From IMG/VR virus record IMGVR_UViG_3300010965_000002, positions 96,001 to 160,000 of that record: DNA of 64,000 nt; one strand, given 5' to 3'. The notes under the pieces are model-generated. The model was not told the DNA's origin. It saw only the letters and a list, made by a program, of their open reading frames with translations, and searched no databases. Source of the stretch: a virus. The position numbers and the translations under genes are program-made. Positions 36,746 through 46,360 of the stretch are shown here, in pieces; position 1 is the first letter of the stretch; each line of letters starts with the position of its first letter.

Positions 36746-37096
36746 ATGATGACGCTTCCTTATCCAGACATCAACAGCAAGCCAGTACAGCTAATGACCC
36801 CAACAGAACGTGTATTCGACGGGTGTTTCAACGCAGCGGTGTACAGCCCGGTATGGAAATACTTGATCTATCCCATACGCACTGCATTACGACAACACCC
36901 TACGCGCTTGGTACGTGCAGCGGCTGTGTGTAGTCCTTGGCTCCTGTTTCCATACACATTGGGCATGTGGATTGTTTGCCTTGTTATGCGTATTTCGCTC
37001 ATGCTTGTAGGCATAGTCATATTGCTTGGCGGATTGCTGCATAGCCTGCCCAGCCGTACATATCAACGTATCGCAAAGTGGTACAACAGCCTTTAA
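36746..37096 (+). CDS. Membrane hypothetical protein
   Basis: RBS AGGAG; long hydrophobic stretch. Confidence 0.6.
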   Translation: MMTLPYPDINSKPVQLMTPTERVFDGCFNAAVYSPVWKYLIYPIRTALRQHPTRLVRAAAVCSPWLLFPYTLGMWIVCLVMRISLMLVGIVILLGGLLHSLPSRTYQRIAKWYNSL

Positions 37097-37109
37097 GGAA
37101 CTACAGATT

Positions 37110-37433
37110 ATGAAGAAAAGTACATCATCTAAGCCTGCTATGGCTATTCGCAGAGAACGGGGCCGAACAGAAGTGGACATTGCTCCTGTTAAGCGGAAGA
37201 AGGTGGCTGCCGTTGTTGGTGCAGACCAAGTTGTGCGGGTTGACCGTGAGACTCTGGCTCAATTGGTTGCTGAGACATTAGAGAAAAAGCGCAAGTCAGA
37301 GGGTAAACGCAAACAGTATGTTTCACGCAGCAGCGAGATTATCCGCGTGCCCAATGAGTTGGTAAAGAAGGTCAAAGCCATGATCGCTGAGTACCGCAAG
37401 ACCCGTCGTGAAGACCCTGACCGCTACATCTAA
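37110..37433 (+). CDS. Basic hypothetical protein (possible DNA binder)
   Basis: AAGGA RBS; IIRVPNELVKKVKAMI ribbon-helix-like segment. Confidence 0.6.
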   Translation: MKKSTSSKPAMAIRRERGRTEVDIAPVKRKKVAAVVGADQVVRVDRETLAQLVAETLEKKRKSEGKRKQYVSRSSEIIRVPNELVKKVKAMIAEYRKTRREDPDRYI

Positions 37434-37438
37434 CCACT

Positions 37439-37714
37439 ATGCCTAAACATAAGAATACCAATTTGCTGACCGTCGCCCGCTTGCTTGCAGTAGCCGATGA
37501 ATGCCGCGCAGCAATAGCCGCAGGTGAAATGGATGCCAATTCGGTTGTCTACCTCTCTGTTGAAGTCTGCAAAGACGGGGACGAAAGTACCTACAACAAT
37601 CGCGTACACGGTGGCGACGTAATTGAATTCGGTGTAGCGACCCAATTGTTTGCAGGCAAATACGTACACATGCAAGTAATAGGCGAACCAAACTTTGAGG
37701 TGTACAAACCGTGA
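37439..37714 (+). CDS. Hypothetical protein
   Basis: Operonic ORF. Confidence 0.55.
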   Translation: MPKHKNTNLLTVARLLAVADECRAAIAAGEMDANSVVYLSVEVCKDGDESTYNNRVHGGDVIEFGVATQLFAGKYVHMQVIGEPNFEVYKP

Positions 37715-38232
37715 CCGATATGACCGATATGACCGATATGACAGACAGCATCCCAGTATTTCTTGACATCGACGGCGTCCTGCAATCAGCGGCATCCGTT
37801 ATGGCTGGAACACCCATTGTGCATTCTCACGATCTACCTGGTGTACAGCGTATGAAGACCACACAGGCCACGGCGCTGTTACTACGTGTACAAAATCTGC
37901 ATGAACCTCGCATTCACTGGTGGATAGCAAGCAGTTGGTGCAACCACAACCACCCTGATGAACTGTGTGAGGCTTTCACCGCATTGGGATTCAAGAACGT
38001 GCATACGTGTGCATCAGGTCATCGCTTGACTCGTGTACAAAAGGTGTTGGCTGGCATGACACCAGAAAAACGTGAGGCTGCTATCATCATCGACGACAGC
38101 GCAGCGTTTCGAGGCACAGAGCTAGAAGGTTGCTGGATTGACATTGACGCCCGTAACGGATTTGATGGCACAGCCTACTACCAGATGCTGCATATGTTGG
38201 GCGTCAGCAAACCGGAGCTATTCCTGTGGTGA
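37711..38232 (+). CDS. HAD-family phosphatase (Swiss-army-knife RNA-repair-like)
   Basis: VFLDIDGVL, IASSW, IIIDD; N-terminal MTD x4 repeat. Confidence 0.8.
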   Translation: MTDMTDMTDMTDSIPVFLDIDGVLQSAASVMAGTPIVHSHDLPGVQRMKTTQATALLLRVQNLHEPRIHWWIASSWCNHNHPDELCEAFTALGFKNVHTCASGHRLTRVQKVLAGMTPEKREAAIIIDDSAAFRGTELEGCWIDIDARNGFDGTAYYQMLHMLGVSKPELFLW

Positions 38233-38552
38233 ACGCATCAAAGCAACGCAAGCGCCTGCAAGCTGCGGAACAACTGCGCCGGGAATTTGAACTCTGGTTG
38301 TTGACAACAGAATGGGCTGATATGACCAGTCCTCCCTGTACTGAGCGGCGTCCAGAACGTCCAGGTGCTTACTGGTATGCTCACGTTGATCTGGCGTGGC
38401 GTGCTTATCAGGCAATGCACTCACGCTTACGGCTACGTGCCCACATTGTGCATCATGCGATGGCCGAACCTGAACTCAGTTGGAACAAACACGTTACGAG
38501 TTTGCGTGACGCACCACTGTATGTATTGAAACGCCAACGAGGCCCAAAATGA
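38226..38552 (+). CDS. Hypothetical protein
   Basis: Operonic ORF. Confidence 0.5.
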   Translation: MVNASKQRKRLQAAEQLRREFELWLLTTEWADMTSPPCTERRPERPGAYWYAHVDLAWRAYQAMHSRLRLRAHIVHHAMAEPELSWNKHVTSLRDAPLYVLKRQRGPK

Positions 38553-38737
38553 AGATGTATGCGCGAACCAAGATCAAACTGATTTGGCTGTTCCTGTCAA
38601 TGGCAGTGTTCTATTTCACTGTTATCGAATACGGTCACACCCGTGATGTGTGGTGGTCGTTAGGTCATGGCTGCCGCATGGTGGCCTTGGTATGGTTAGG
38701 TCAATGGATTCATCAACTCAAAGGAATACGATCATGA
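38549..38737 (+). CDS. Small membrane protein
   Basis: ATGA coupling; two hydrophobic stretches. Confidence 0.5.
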   Translation: MKMYARTKIKLIWLFLSMAVFYFTVIEYGHTRDVWWSLGHGCRMVALVWLGQWIHQLKGIRS

Positions 38738-38871
38738 CAATCGGAACTGGTTTAGCTTGTATGGGTATGTGGTTGTGTACAGCAGCAATGTGGTTTTCGC
38801 CAAGTGTACGTGGCTGGGTTTGCCTTGTGGTGACGGCAACAGCATTCGTATTCACAGGCTACATGATGTAA
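38734..38871 (+). CDS. Small membrane protein
   Basis: ATGA coupling; hydrophobic. Confidence 0.45.
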   Translation: MTIGTGLACMGMWLCTAAMWFSPSVRGWVCLVVTATAFVFTGYMM

Positions 38872-38883
38872 ATAGAGCATAGC

Positions 38884-39153
38884 ATGTCAATGATCTTAAC
38901 CTTCGTAGACACGAAGGGTGAAACCCTTTTCAGCAATCACAACGCTCAGTCAGTTCCTCGTGCTGGCGATCAGATTGTGTATACCTTCAACATCCACGAC
39001 GAGGACGAGTGGAACCAAGAAAGCCTTAACGAACATCGTGCCTTGCACGGTCGTAGCTGGCGCGTGGTAACTGTTGTTCATGAATTCGGGCGGCATGAAA
39101 TCAAGGCCGAGAGCCACCGCATCTTCATTACCCTTGCAAAGCCAAAACAATGA
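38884..39153 (+). CDS. Hypothetical protein
   Basis: Preceded by TGTAAATA (38867); VPRAGDQI SH3-like pattern. Confidence 0.55.
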   Translation: MSMILTFVDTKGETLFSNHNAQSVPRAGDQIVYTFNIHDEDEWNQESLNEHRALHGRSWRVVTVVHEFGRHEIKAESHRIFITLAKPKQ

Positions 39154-39500
39154 CACCTTTTGAAATCAGTCCTGCCAACCGACGCTTCATCAAGTTCGAG
39201 GGTGAGTTTCTCGAACTGCCTACCAATGAAGATGCGGAACGTCTGTGCACCCAGTTGAATCGCTTGATGGCTAAACGCGCTTGTGTTCATCACGCAAGCC
39301 AGGCCCAACGTGTATTGCTGGACAGCACCCAACTCGATCAACTGATCTATTGGTACGGCGATCAACCCAATGTCTTGGTGCAACAACACCAACAACGGGA
39401 CCACTCGGTTGTTACGTCAGCATCCCTACCTCATGACACAGAGCAATGTGCTATCGTGCTGGAGGCCAAGACACCATTCCCATTTGTGAGGAAAACATGA
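39150..39500 (+). CDS. Hypothetical protein
   Basis: ATGA coupling. Confidence 0.5.
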   Translation: MTPFEISPANRRFIKFEGEFLELPTNEDAERLCTQLNRLMAKRACVHHASQAQRVLLDSTQLDQLIYWYGDQPNVLVQQHQQRDHSVVTSASLPHDTEQCAIVLEAKTPFPFVRKT

Positions 39501-39916
39501 CCACAAAATTCAACCCTGAGCCGTGGAACCGAGCGATCAATGCAGCCCTTGATCTGTTGTTCACTCAACAACATGGGCGCACTATGAGCCACTACGCCAA
39601 CCTTGCCGATTGGTCGCACATGCACAACACTGTGGCACTGGCAGCAGGTTGCACTACGGGGCTGAGTACGTGGATTCATACGCAGGCCACTGAGCACGAT
39701 CTGATTGTGACTGTCACCACAGACGAAGCCCAACGCAATCGACGCACTATGGCTCCAAAGGCTCCGGTGTTGGCCGTTGAGGAGCTTATCAACATGGCTA
39801 CCGTTTACCAACGCATTTACGTTGACGGTGCTTCCCGCTTGGGACCAAAAGAGATAGACAAGATTTTCCGCTGTACCGCCCGTACACCAGAGCAACGCTG
39901 GTTGCTGTTAGGCTAA
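39497..39916 (+). CDS. Hypothetical protein
   Basis: GAGGA RBS, ATGA coupling. Confidence 0.55.
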   Translation: MTTKFNPEPWNRAINAALDLLFTQQHGRTMSHYANLADWSHMHNTVALAAGCTTGLSTWIHTQATEHDLIVTVTTDEAQRNRRTMAPKAPVLAVEELINMATVYQRIYVDGASRLGPKEIDKIFRCTARTPEQRWLLLG

Positions 39917-39917
39917 T

Positions 39918-40775
39918 ATGTCAACCGTTACGTTTTATACCGCCGCAGGCACAGAGCTTGTCTACAGCATCAACGATACCAAGGTAGCGCGTGCTTGGTT
40001 GCAGTTGCTGCACACTGCCAGCCCTGATAGCCTGCTGCGCCAGCAAGAGAACTCTCTGCACGGATTTGCCTCGGCCGAGGTTTACGCATTGCGCTGTCAG
40101 CAACTACGTGAGGTTTGCACTGCATTGTCTATCGAAGTACCGGAGGTGCTTGACCAACAGGCTCTTAACGTCTTGCACTTGAACTTCCCCAACGGCACAC
40201 ACGGTTTATCCAAAGATGAATCGGCACAGGCCCGCAAGCAGTTGATGACCTTGAACTTGTTGGTTCACTGGATTGAATACGAGCTTGCCAATCAAACACA
40301 TCAGCGCCATCAGTACCTGGTCAACCTTGACTTCAATCACGACGCTGCCCATTACAGTCAACCTGGCTACATCGACCAAGATCAGCTAAAAGGCTTTAGT
40401 GCTGATATGTCCTTTGGTTCACTGCATCTGCATTACACGTACACTGGCCGACACTTCTTGGAAATGTTCGATGCCCTTGACAACGCCTCACCTATTGCGC
40501 ATTTCCGACCACAACGCAATTTCAATGCGACCTGCGGCTTGATCTTTTCGGAGCCACAGGACAATGCAGCACGACGGGTCGCTATGCTCAAGTATTACAA
40601 CGACCGAGGCGCACGCCGATTCTGGCCGCACGACTTTGAAGACCCGCGCATGTGCATAGGCTTCTACCAACTAGGTCAGCTACAAAACTTTGACGCCAGT
40701 GCTGATGCCCGTGACCAATTGCGTGCGCAACTGTCAACTGACCCTATCGTTAACTGGACAATAAATGATTCCTAA
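39918..40775 (+). CDS. Conserved-looking phage hypothetical protein
   Basis: LNVLHLNF...LNLLVHWIE...FGSLHLHY..TGRHFLEMF; function unknown. Confidence 0.65.
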   Translation: MSTVTFYTAAGTELVYSINDTKVARAWLQLLHTASPDSLLRQQENSLHGFASAEVYALRCQQLREVCTALSIEVPEVLDQQALNVLHLNFPNGTHGLSKDESAQARKQLMTLNLLVHWIEYELANQTHQRHQYLVNLDFNHDAAHYSQPGYIDQDQLKGFSADMSFGSLHLHYTYTGRHFLEMFDALDNASPIAHFRPQRNFNATCGLIFSEPQDNAARRVAMLKYYNDRGARRFWPHDFEDPRMCIGFYQLGQLQNFDASADARDQLRAQLSTDPIVNWTINDS

Positions 40776-41430
40776 GATCATCCATCAAACATGGGCAACG
40801 TCTGCGATTCCAGAACCTTATCTTGGATGGTCAGCAACATGGATTGACAATCATCCAGGCTATGACTACCAACTGCACACGGATGCCGACAACCTTCGGC
40901 TAGTGGAACAGCATTACCCACAGTGGTTGCCAACCTACTTATCGTATCCACATAACATTCAGCGTGTTGACCTCGCACGTTTGATGTGGCTGCACAAGTA
41001 TGGAGGCATTTACGCCGACATGGATATGCAGTGCCTGCAAAATACAGAGGCGTTGTTCATCACAGATATGCTGGTGCTCGAACCCTCGTCCAATTATTTA
41101 GGCGCTACTTGGCTTCCAGCTAATTGGGTCATGGCGTTTGAGCCAGGCGCAATGTTTCTGACTAACGCTCTTGATCGCGCACTGGACCCTTTCATCTACA
41201 CGGGTGTGAAGCGCAAAGACGTATGCTGGTCAACAGGCGCTGGTTTGCTGCTCAGAACTTGGCGAACACTCAAGAACTACAACTTGCCAATGCCTGCTGT
41301 ATCATCGTCGTTCCTGTTTTCACCGTACACGCATCAACAAATGCAGCGGGCCCAACGTGGCAATCAAGTCATCGACACAGACATCGAAGGCGCATACGGC
41401 ATTCATCATTTCAAAGGAAGCTGGTGGTAA
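40765..41430 (+). CDS. Glycosyltransferase family 32 (DxD)
   Basis: MIPKIIHQTW, RVDLARLMWLHKYGGIYADMD, WSTG.GLL, HHFKGSW. Confidence 0.9.
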   Translation: MIPKIIHQTWATSAIPEPYLGWSATWIDNHPGYDYQLHTDADNLRLVEQHYPQWLPTYLSYPHNIQRVDLARLMWLHKYGGIYADMDMQCLQNTEALFITDMLVLEPSSNYLGATWLPANWVMAFEPGAMFLTNALDRALDPFIYTGVKRKDVCWSTGAGLLLRTWRTLKNYNLPMPAVSSSFLFSPYTHQQMQRAQRGNQVIDTDIEGAYGIHHFKGSWW

Positions 41431-41431
41431 T

Positions 41432-41749
41432 ATGAGTCACACAATCATCCATCGCAACGGTGTGTTCAACCTGTACAGTTCAATCTCGGATTCACCCGTG
41501 TTTGAATCAGGTTTGACCGAAGAACAACTTACGCAGTACACGGCTTCGCAATACGGGCTGAATGGTTTGAAGACGCTGCCCGATCGTATCAAGCGTGCTC
41601 AACTCAAAGGCACTAGCAGTCATATCGCAATGAGCCTTGAGTCAGAAATCATGTGCAACCGAGCCGGCCCCAAAGAGTCGCAACTCCCTCTCGACGTGTT
41701 TGTTGCACAGTACCTCACACTGAAAGCACAAAATGAAAATCCCAACTGA
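41432..41749 (+). CDS. Hypothetical protein
   Basis: Operonic ORF. Confidence 0.55.
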   Translation: MSHTIIHRNGVFNLYSSISDSPVFESGLTEEQLTQYTASQYGLNGLKTLPDRIKRAQLKGTSSHIAMSLESEIMCNRAGPKESQLPLDVFVAQYLTLKAQNENPN

Positions 41750-42008
41750 ACCCTTCTACGCTGTGACGTTTGAAAGCTCACAGACAATCCCCGGTGATGA
41801 ACGTAGTCGCACACATCCTGGCCACGGCTATCCAGAGCACACTGTCAGCACCCAGGAGCTCAAAATCTTCAAGGACCAAGACGAATTCAAAAACTGGATT
41901 CTTGATGAAGCTAATAAGGGTTATGGGAAACGCAGCTACACAGCACTGCACTGCAAGCCCTTCACTGTAACACTGGATGTGCAAGTAAACTTGCCACCTA
42001 ACATGTAA
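41733..42008 (+). CDS. Hypothetical protein
   Basis: Operonic ORF. Confidence 0.55.
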   Translation: MKIPTEPFYAVTFESSQTIPGDERSRTHPGHGYPEHTVSTQELKIFKDQDEFKNWILDEANKGYGKRSYTALHCKPFTVTLDVQVNLPPNM

Positions 42009-42023
42009 TACAAGGAGTCTGTT

Positions 42024-43172
42024 ATGGAAGCCGTAGTCTGTGTAGACTGGACACCCTTGAATCAAGTGTGGTCGCAGCACAACCCAACTGAGAAACGTTG
42101 GCAGAACTGGTTGAACCGTAATCTGCGCAACCACCTGCAACGCAAAGTCTCAGAAGGCTTAATTGGTACGTCTGGTTCCATAGGCATAAGTCATGCAACC
42201 AACTGCGTAGGACTCGCGCACCATGTTGGCCTTACACCTCGCGATGCTATGCTGCACACCAATCGAGGCCTGTCGATCAGTTACCGTACCTTGGATATGT
42301 ATGGCATCGACGCTAAACTGCGCCAGCACTATGAGTACGGCGGCATTCTGTACGCTTGGGACGATACCAGCTTTGCTGAACACCGTCAGCAACTAGATCA
42401 CCTGTACGAAGCTATGGTCGCCACACAAAAGCGGCCTGACTTCTCGGTTATCACTGTTGAACAGGCTCACAAGATTGCCGAAGATTGGGTTGCAGAACTC
42501 AATCGTCGTGCAGTAGAAAGCGGAGGCACCACCAACATCGTTTGGTCTTGGACAGCGCGCTGTACCTCGCCTACTATCGTCACTGACGAAAACTTTGACA
42601 AGCCGCCTACTGAGAAAGAGACTACTGAACAGTGGGAAGCGCACATATTGCTTGACCAACCTGCTTATCAGGCAGAAGGTCAGAACATGGCGCACTGCGT
42701 TGCAACGTACTGGGGCAAAAAGTGTAAAATATACTCACTACGTTGCGATGGTGTTCGTAAAGCCACCTTGGAAATCAATGACGACACTTTGAGCTACTCA
42801 GGTGGCAAAACTGTATGTACTCAGATACGAGGTGAGCGTAATGCCCGCCCCGAGCAACACGTTCTCGACATAGCTCACCGCTTTCTTGAACACATCGGAT
42901 GTGCTAAGCCCTCAGCTATAACTACTGGTCTGCTTCAAGGCGAGATTGGTCGTATGCACGGCGTTAACATTGTGGCGAACAACAATCATGGGATGCAACT
43001 AGGTAATCTTGCAAACGGTCTATCTGTTGGCGGTGCACCTATGTTTGAGTACATACGTGATATGCAGGTCACACAAGACTTCAACGGTCGTGGCCCCGAG
43101 ATTACTTTAACTGGCGTACCAACCCGTGCGGGCATGGATGCGCTTCAACAAATTTGGAGAACAGTTCGATGA
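42024..43172 (+). CDS. PcfJ-like domain protein #1
   Basis: AEGQNMAHCVATY..IYSLR..ATLEI..QIRGERNA. Confidence 0.75.
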   Translation: MEAVVCVDWTPLNQVWSQHNPTEKRWQNWLNRNLRNHLQRKVSEGLIGTSGSIGISHATNCVGLAHHVGLTPRDAMLHTNRGLSISYRTLDMYGIDAKLRQHYEYGGILYAWDDTSFAEHRQQLDHLYEAMVATQKRPDFSVITVEQAHKIAEDWVAELNRRAVESGGTTNIVWSWTARCTSPTIVTDENFDKPPTEKETTEQWEAHILLDQPAYQAEGQNMAHCVATYWGKKCKIYSLRCDGVRKATLEINDDTLSYSGGKTVCTQIRGERNARPEQHVLDIAHRFLEHIGCAKPSAITTGLLQGEIGRMHGVNIVANNNHGMQLGNLANGLSVGGAPMFEYIRDMQVTQDFNGRGPEITLTGVPTRAGMDALQQIWRTVR

Positions 43173-43753
43173 TTAAATGGAGCCCCTCAACAGACGAAGC
43201 ACTACTTCTGTCTACTCCTCACGAACGTGTGTTGCGTCACTACTGCATCGAGCCTGATGTGGACACCGCGCAAATTGTCATGTGCGCGTCTTACGACGAA
43301 AAGGTGATCGCAAGTGCCGCTGCCTATTACGACAGCCAAAAGATTGGCTACAAGCGTGTGGACAGTCAGTTCTTCAAAGCAGGGCCGGCAGTCCCTTGCT
43401 TGGTGCGCAAGCGTTTGATTCACGGCTACATCGGGATTGATCTTGATGGCACGCTGGCTCATTACGAAGGCTGGAACGACGGTGTTATTGGCAAGCCTAT
43501 ACCTTTGATGGTTGCACGTATGTGGCACTGGTTATCAGAAGGTCGTGAAGTTCGCATTGTCACTGCACGAGGTGGCGATGCTGCTGAACTCGACCGCGTG
43601 TACAAATGGCTGTGGGAGAGCTTCCACCTGATGATTCCAGTGCAGAACACCAAGACCTTCCGTATGCACGAACTCTGGGACGACCGTGCTATTCAAGTTG
43701 TGGCTAACACAGGCTTGACTCTACGCGAAACCATCCAGGATGATGGTCGCTAA
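43169..43753 (+). CDS. HAD phosphatase (polynucleotide-kinase-phosphatase-like)
   Basis: IGIDLDGTLA, GKPIP, RIVTAR, ELWDDRAIQV. Confidence 0.8.
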   Translation: MIKWSPSTDEALLLSTPHERVLRHYCIEPDVDTAQIVMCASYDEKVIASAAAYYDSQKIGYKRVDSQFFKAGPAVPCLVRKRLIHGYIGIDLDGTLAHYEGWNDGVIGKPIPLMVARMWHWLSEGREVRIVTARGGDAAELDRVYKWLWESFHLMIPVQNTKTFRMHELWDDRAIQVVANTGLTLRETIQDDGR

Positions 43754-43774
43754 CTTACCACTCAAGGAACTCAA

Positions 43775-44728
43775 ATGAGCGAACCCGTACTGCTGTCAGT
43801 AGTTAACAGCCTCCGTGACTTAATGCGTCGTCCAGCAGTACCTGCTGGCCGTGTTCTTATCGACCACGAACTGAACAAGAAGCGTGACCCGAAAATGGCC
43901 GTGGCCTTGAACAACGCTATTCGTTGGCTTGTTCAAGAAGGTGAGCTTGCCCGTCAGACAAACGAAACAGAACCTCGTTGGTGGTTAGTTGATCGTGGTA
44001 TACCCACTGATCGTGACGACCAAGTGATTCCGTTGACCACGGGTCTTGAACGCCCCTTTGATGGTGAACTGATTGACGACACCAAACCAAAACGTGTTGT
44101 CAAGGAAGCAGTCAAAGCACCAGAGCCTGCACCAGTTGTGAAAGCCGTTGAACCAGAAGCCAAGCCTGCGTTGGACAATTGGTTAGCAACCTCGGCTGGT
44201 CTAGCTGTCAAGCCACCAGAAGGCAGTCTTGACACTCGAATCCTTGCTGTGGTCACACGGCTTTGTGCAGTGGCTAATCGGCCTGTGTCACGTACCGCCA
44301 TTCTGGAAGAAATGGAAGGCGCTGCGGCTGATCGCATGTTGAAAATGCGTTTGGCCTACGTCTGCAAAGTGAAAGGTGCTGTCATCTTCTGGGAAGAGAC
44401 AAGTGACCGCGAAGCAATGTACTGGCCCAAAGGTCAAGAACTTGACGAAGACATTGCCGATTCGTTTGGCCCTGTGTCAAACAAACGCAAGCCAAAGAAA
44501 GCACCAAAGCGCAAAGCTCCTGAACCCGAAGTAGTCGCACAGCCTACTGTCTTTACTCTCGATGCAGAGGCTGACCCTGTATGGAGCATCGACAGCACTG
44601 GTGAACTCGGCTGCATTGTCGAAGGTCAGTACGTAATGGTGCTGCTACCCAAACATGCCAATTCTCTAAACCGCTTCATGCAAGCAACCAACGGCGTACA
44701 CGCCAACAAGGACTCAAATGCTACTTAA
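43775..44728 (+). CDS. Hypothetical protein (tandem winged-helix-like segments)
   Basis: AAGGA RBS; Pro/Ala/Lys linkers. Confidence 0.6.
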   Translation: MSEPVLLSVVNSLRDLMRRPAVPAGRVLIDHELNKKRDPKMAVALNNAIRWLVQEGELARQTNETEPRWWLVDRGIPTDRDDQVIPLTTGLERPFDGELIDDTKPKRVVKEAVKAPEPAPVVKAVEPEAKPALDNWLATSAGLAVKPPEGSLDTRILAVVTRLCAVANRPVSRTAILEEMEGAAADRMLKMRLAYVCKVKGAVIFWEETSDREAMYWPKGQELDEDIADSFGPVSNKRKPKKAPKRKAPEPEVVAQPTVFTLDAEADPVWSIDSTGELGCIVEGQYVMVLLPKHANSLNRFMQATNGVHANKDSNAT

Positions 44729-45203
44729 CCTTTTACTCACGGCTGTCTGCGCCTTTTGCATCGGCGTACTATCCATCATTCTGATTGCGCGTGACAACGG
44801 CCTCTGGATTGCTGGTGGCTCATGGGGCACTGCATCCGGCAACGTCTTTGTGCGTACCCGAATCTACAGCTTCTGCCTCTTTGGCTGGTACCCTTTCGTG
44901 CGTCTGCGCTTTCGTTACTGGGCACGTACTCCAGAATACCGCTCAATGCTCGCCGCCGAGGTACGTGACTTGCTACACGTTCAGGGCGTTGATGGCACAT
45001 GGAACCACAGTCCGTACCAACAAGGTATGTACAACGGCCTCGAAGTGGCAACTGCACTTCTTGAGCAACGGGAAGCCGAATTCCGTGAACCACCTCAACA
45101 GTGGCTTTGCGACTTGGACTCTACCCCAGACAACGACACTATGCTTGAAGGCGTAGCTATCAGTCTCACCGTGCGTGATGACTACGACACTTGCAATCCC
45201 TAA
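44718..45203 (+). CDS. Membrane-anchored hypothetical protein
   Basis: N-terminal TM. Confidence 0.5.
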   Translation: MLLNLLLTAVCAFCIGVLSIILIARDNGLWIAGGSWGTASGNVFVRTRIYSFCLFGWYPFVRLRFRYWARTPEYRSMLAAEVRDLLHVQGVDGTWNHSPYQQGMYNGLEVATALLEQREAEFREPPQQWLCDLDSTPDNDTMLEGVAISLTVRDDYDTCNP

Positions 45204-45223
45204 CATTTAACAGGAGTAGAAAT

Positions 45224-45769
45224 ATGAAACCGTGGCAATTCCCCAGTGGTCAATGGCTTGACCTTGAGTGCATCCAGACAGTATCTGTCATCATGGAGCA
45301 ACCTGAACAACAAACCGAAGACGCGCCTGTAACGTATCGCCGTTGGTTCTCGCTGACCTTGGCGTTCCAAACACAACCCTTGGTCATTCAAGTGTTCAGC
45401 CAACATGAAGGCAGCGTGTTGACTGATGAACAATGGCTCAAGGCTTGCGCAAGTCTGAACCATGAACGTGACGCGGTGTTGAATGCCTGGCGTGGCAGTG
45501 ATGCTATCGAACTGGTGTTTGATGCGTCCTCAGTGACTGACGCCATTACCAACGTCACACCCGAAGGTTACGAACTCGAACTGACGCTGCTGATCGCAAA
45601 CGATGTGTCAGGTACTGCACTTGTCAACTTCATTCAGCAACTGCCGCAACTGCAACCTCCGGTTGATGAAGTACCAGCACTGCCACCCATTGCTGCCGAA
45701 GCACTGAACCCTATGGACTCTACCGCCACTGGTAACGAAGGTGACGAAGAAAGCGACGAGTGGCAATAA
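45224..45769 (+). CDS. Hypothetical acidic protein
   Basis: AGGAG RBS. Confidence 0.55.
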   Translation: MKPWQFPSGQWLDLECIQTVSVIMEQPEQQTEDAPVTYRRWFSLTLAFQTQPLVIQVFSQHEGSVLTDEQWLKACASLNHERDAVLNAWRGSDAIELVFDASSVTDAITNVTPEGYELELTLLIANDVSGTALVNFIQQLPQLQPPVDEVPALPPIAAEALNPMDSTATGNEGDEESDEWQ

Positions 45770-45772
45770 GCT

Positions 45773-46360
45773 ATGGCAAACATCGTCCTCGATATTGACG
45801 ATACACTAATGAGTACAGCCCGCCTTTTGGTGGCTGCGCTCAATAGTCTGACAGGTCAAGCGCACAACCATCACACGTTGTACTCCTATGATCTGTCCAA
45901 CGTGTATCTGCTGCCTGCTGACGTTATTCAAGATTGCTTCCGTGACCAAAAATCACTGGAGCAGGTTGAGTGGTCAGGCGATCAAGAAGTTTGGAACTCA
46001 CATGTATGGCGTTGGGCCGAACAAGGGCACAATGTTGTTTACTGCACTGCGCGTGGCTGGCATCCTGATGCTGATGCAATCACCACACAACATCTGACGC
46101 GAGTAGGCGAGACACCGTGTGAAGTGGTCATCGTACCTCATGGTGAATCGAAGATCACAGCACTCGCACAACGAGGTATTGTCCCTCATGTGTTTGCCGA
46201 CGATGTTTACGCGCACGTTGTTGAAGCACATCATGCAGGTGCACGATCAATTCTCTTTGGTCAACCTTGGAACCATTTGAATGTATGGGGCAACCGCGTA
46301 CTGACGCAACAGGAACTTGTTGACGCAGTTGACGAAGCCTTGCACGCACGTACTGGTTAA
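45773..46360 (+). CDS. 5'(3')-deoxyribonucleotidase-like HAD
   Basis: IVLDIDDTL, YCTARG, FADD, QPWN. Confidence 0.82.
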   Translation: MANIVLDIDDTLMSTARLLVAALNSLTGQAHNHHTLYSYDLSNVYLLPADVIQDCFRDQKSLEQVEWSGDQEVWNSHVWRWAEQGHNVVYCTARGWHPDADAITTQHLTRVGETPCEVVIVPHGESKITALAQRGIVPHVFADDVYAHVVEAHHAGARSILFGQPWNHLNVWGNRVLTQQELVDAVDEALHARTG

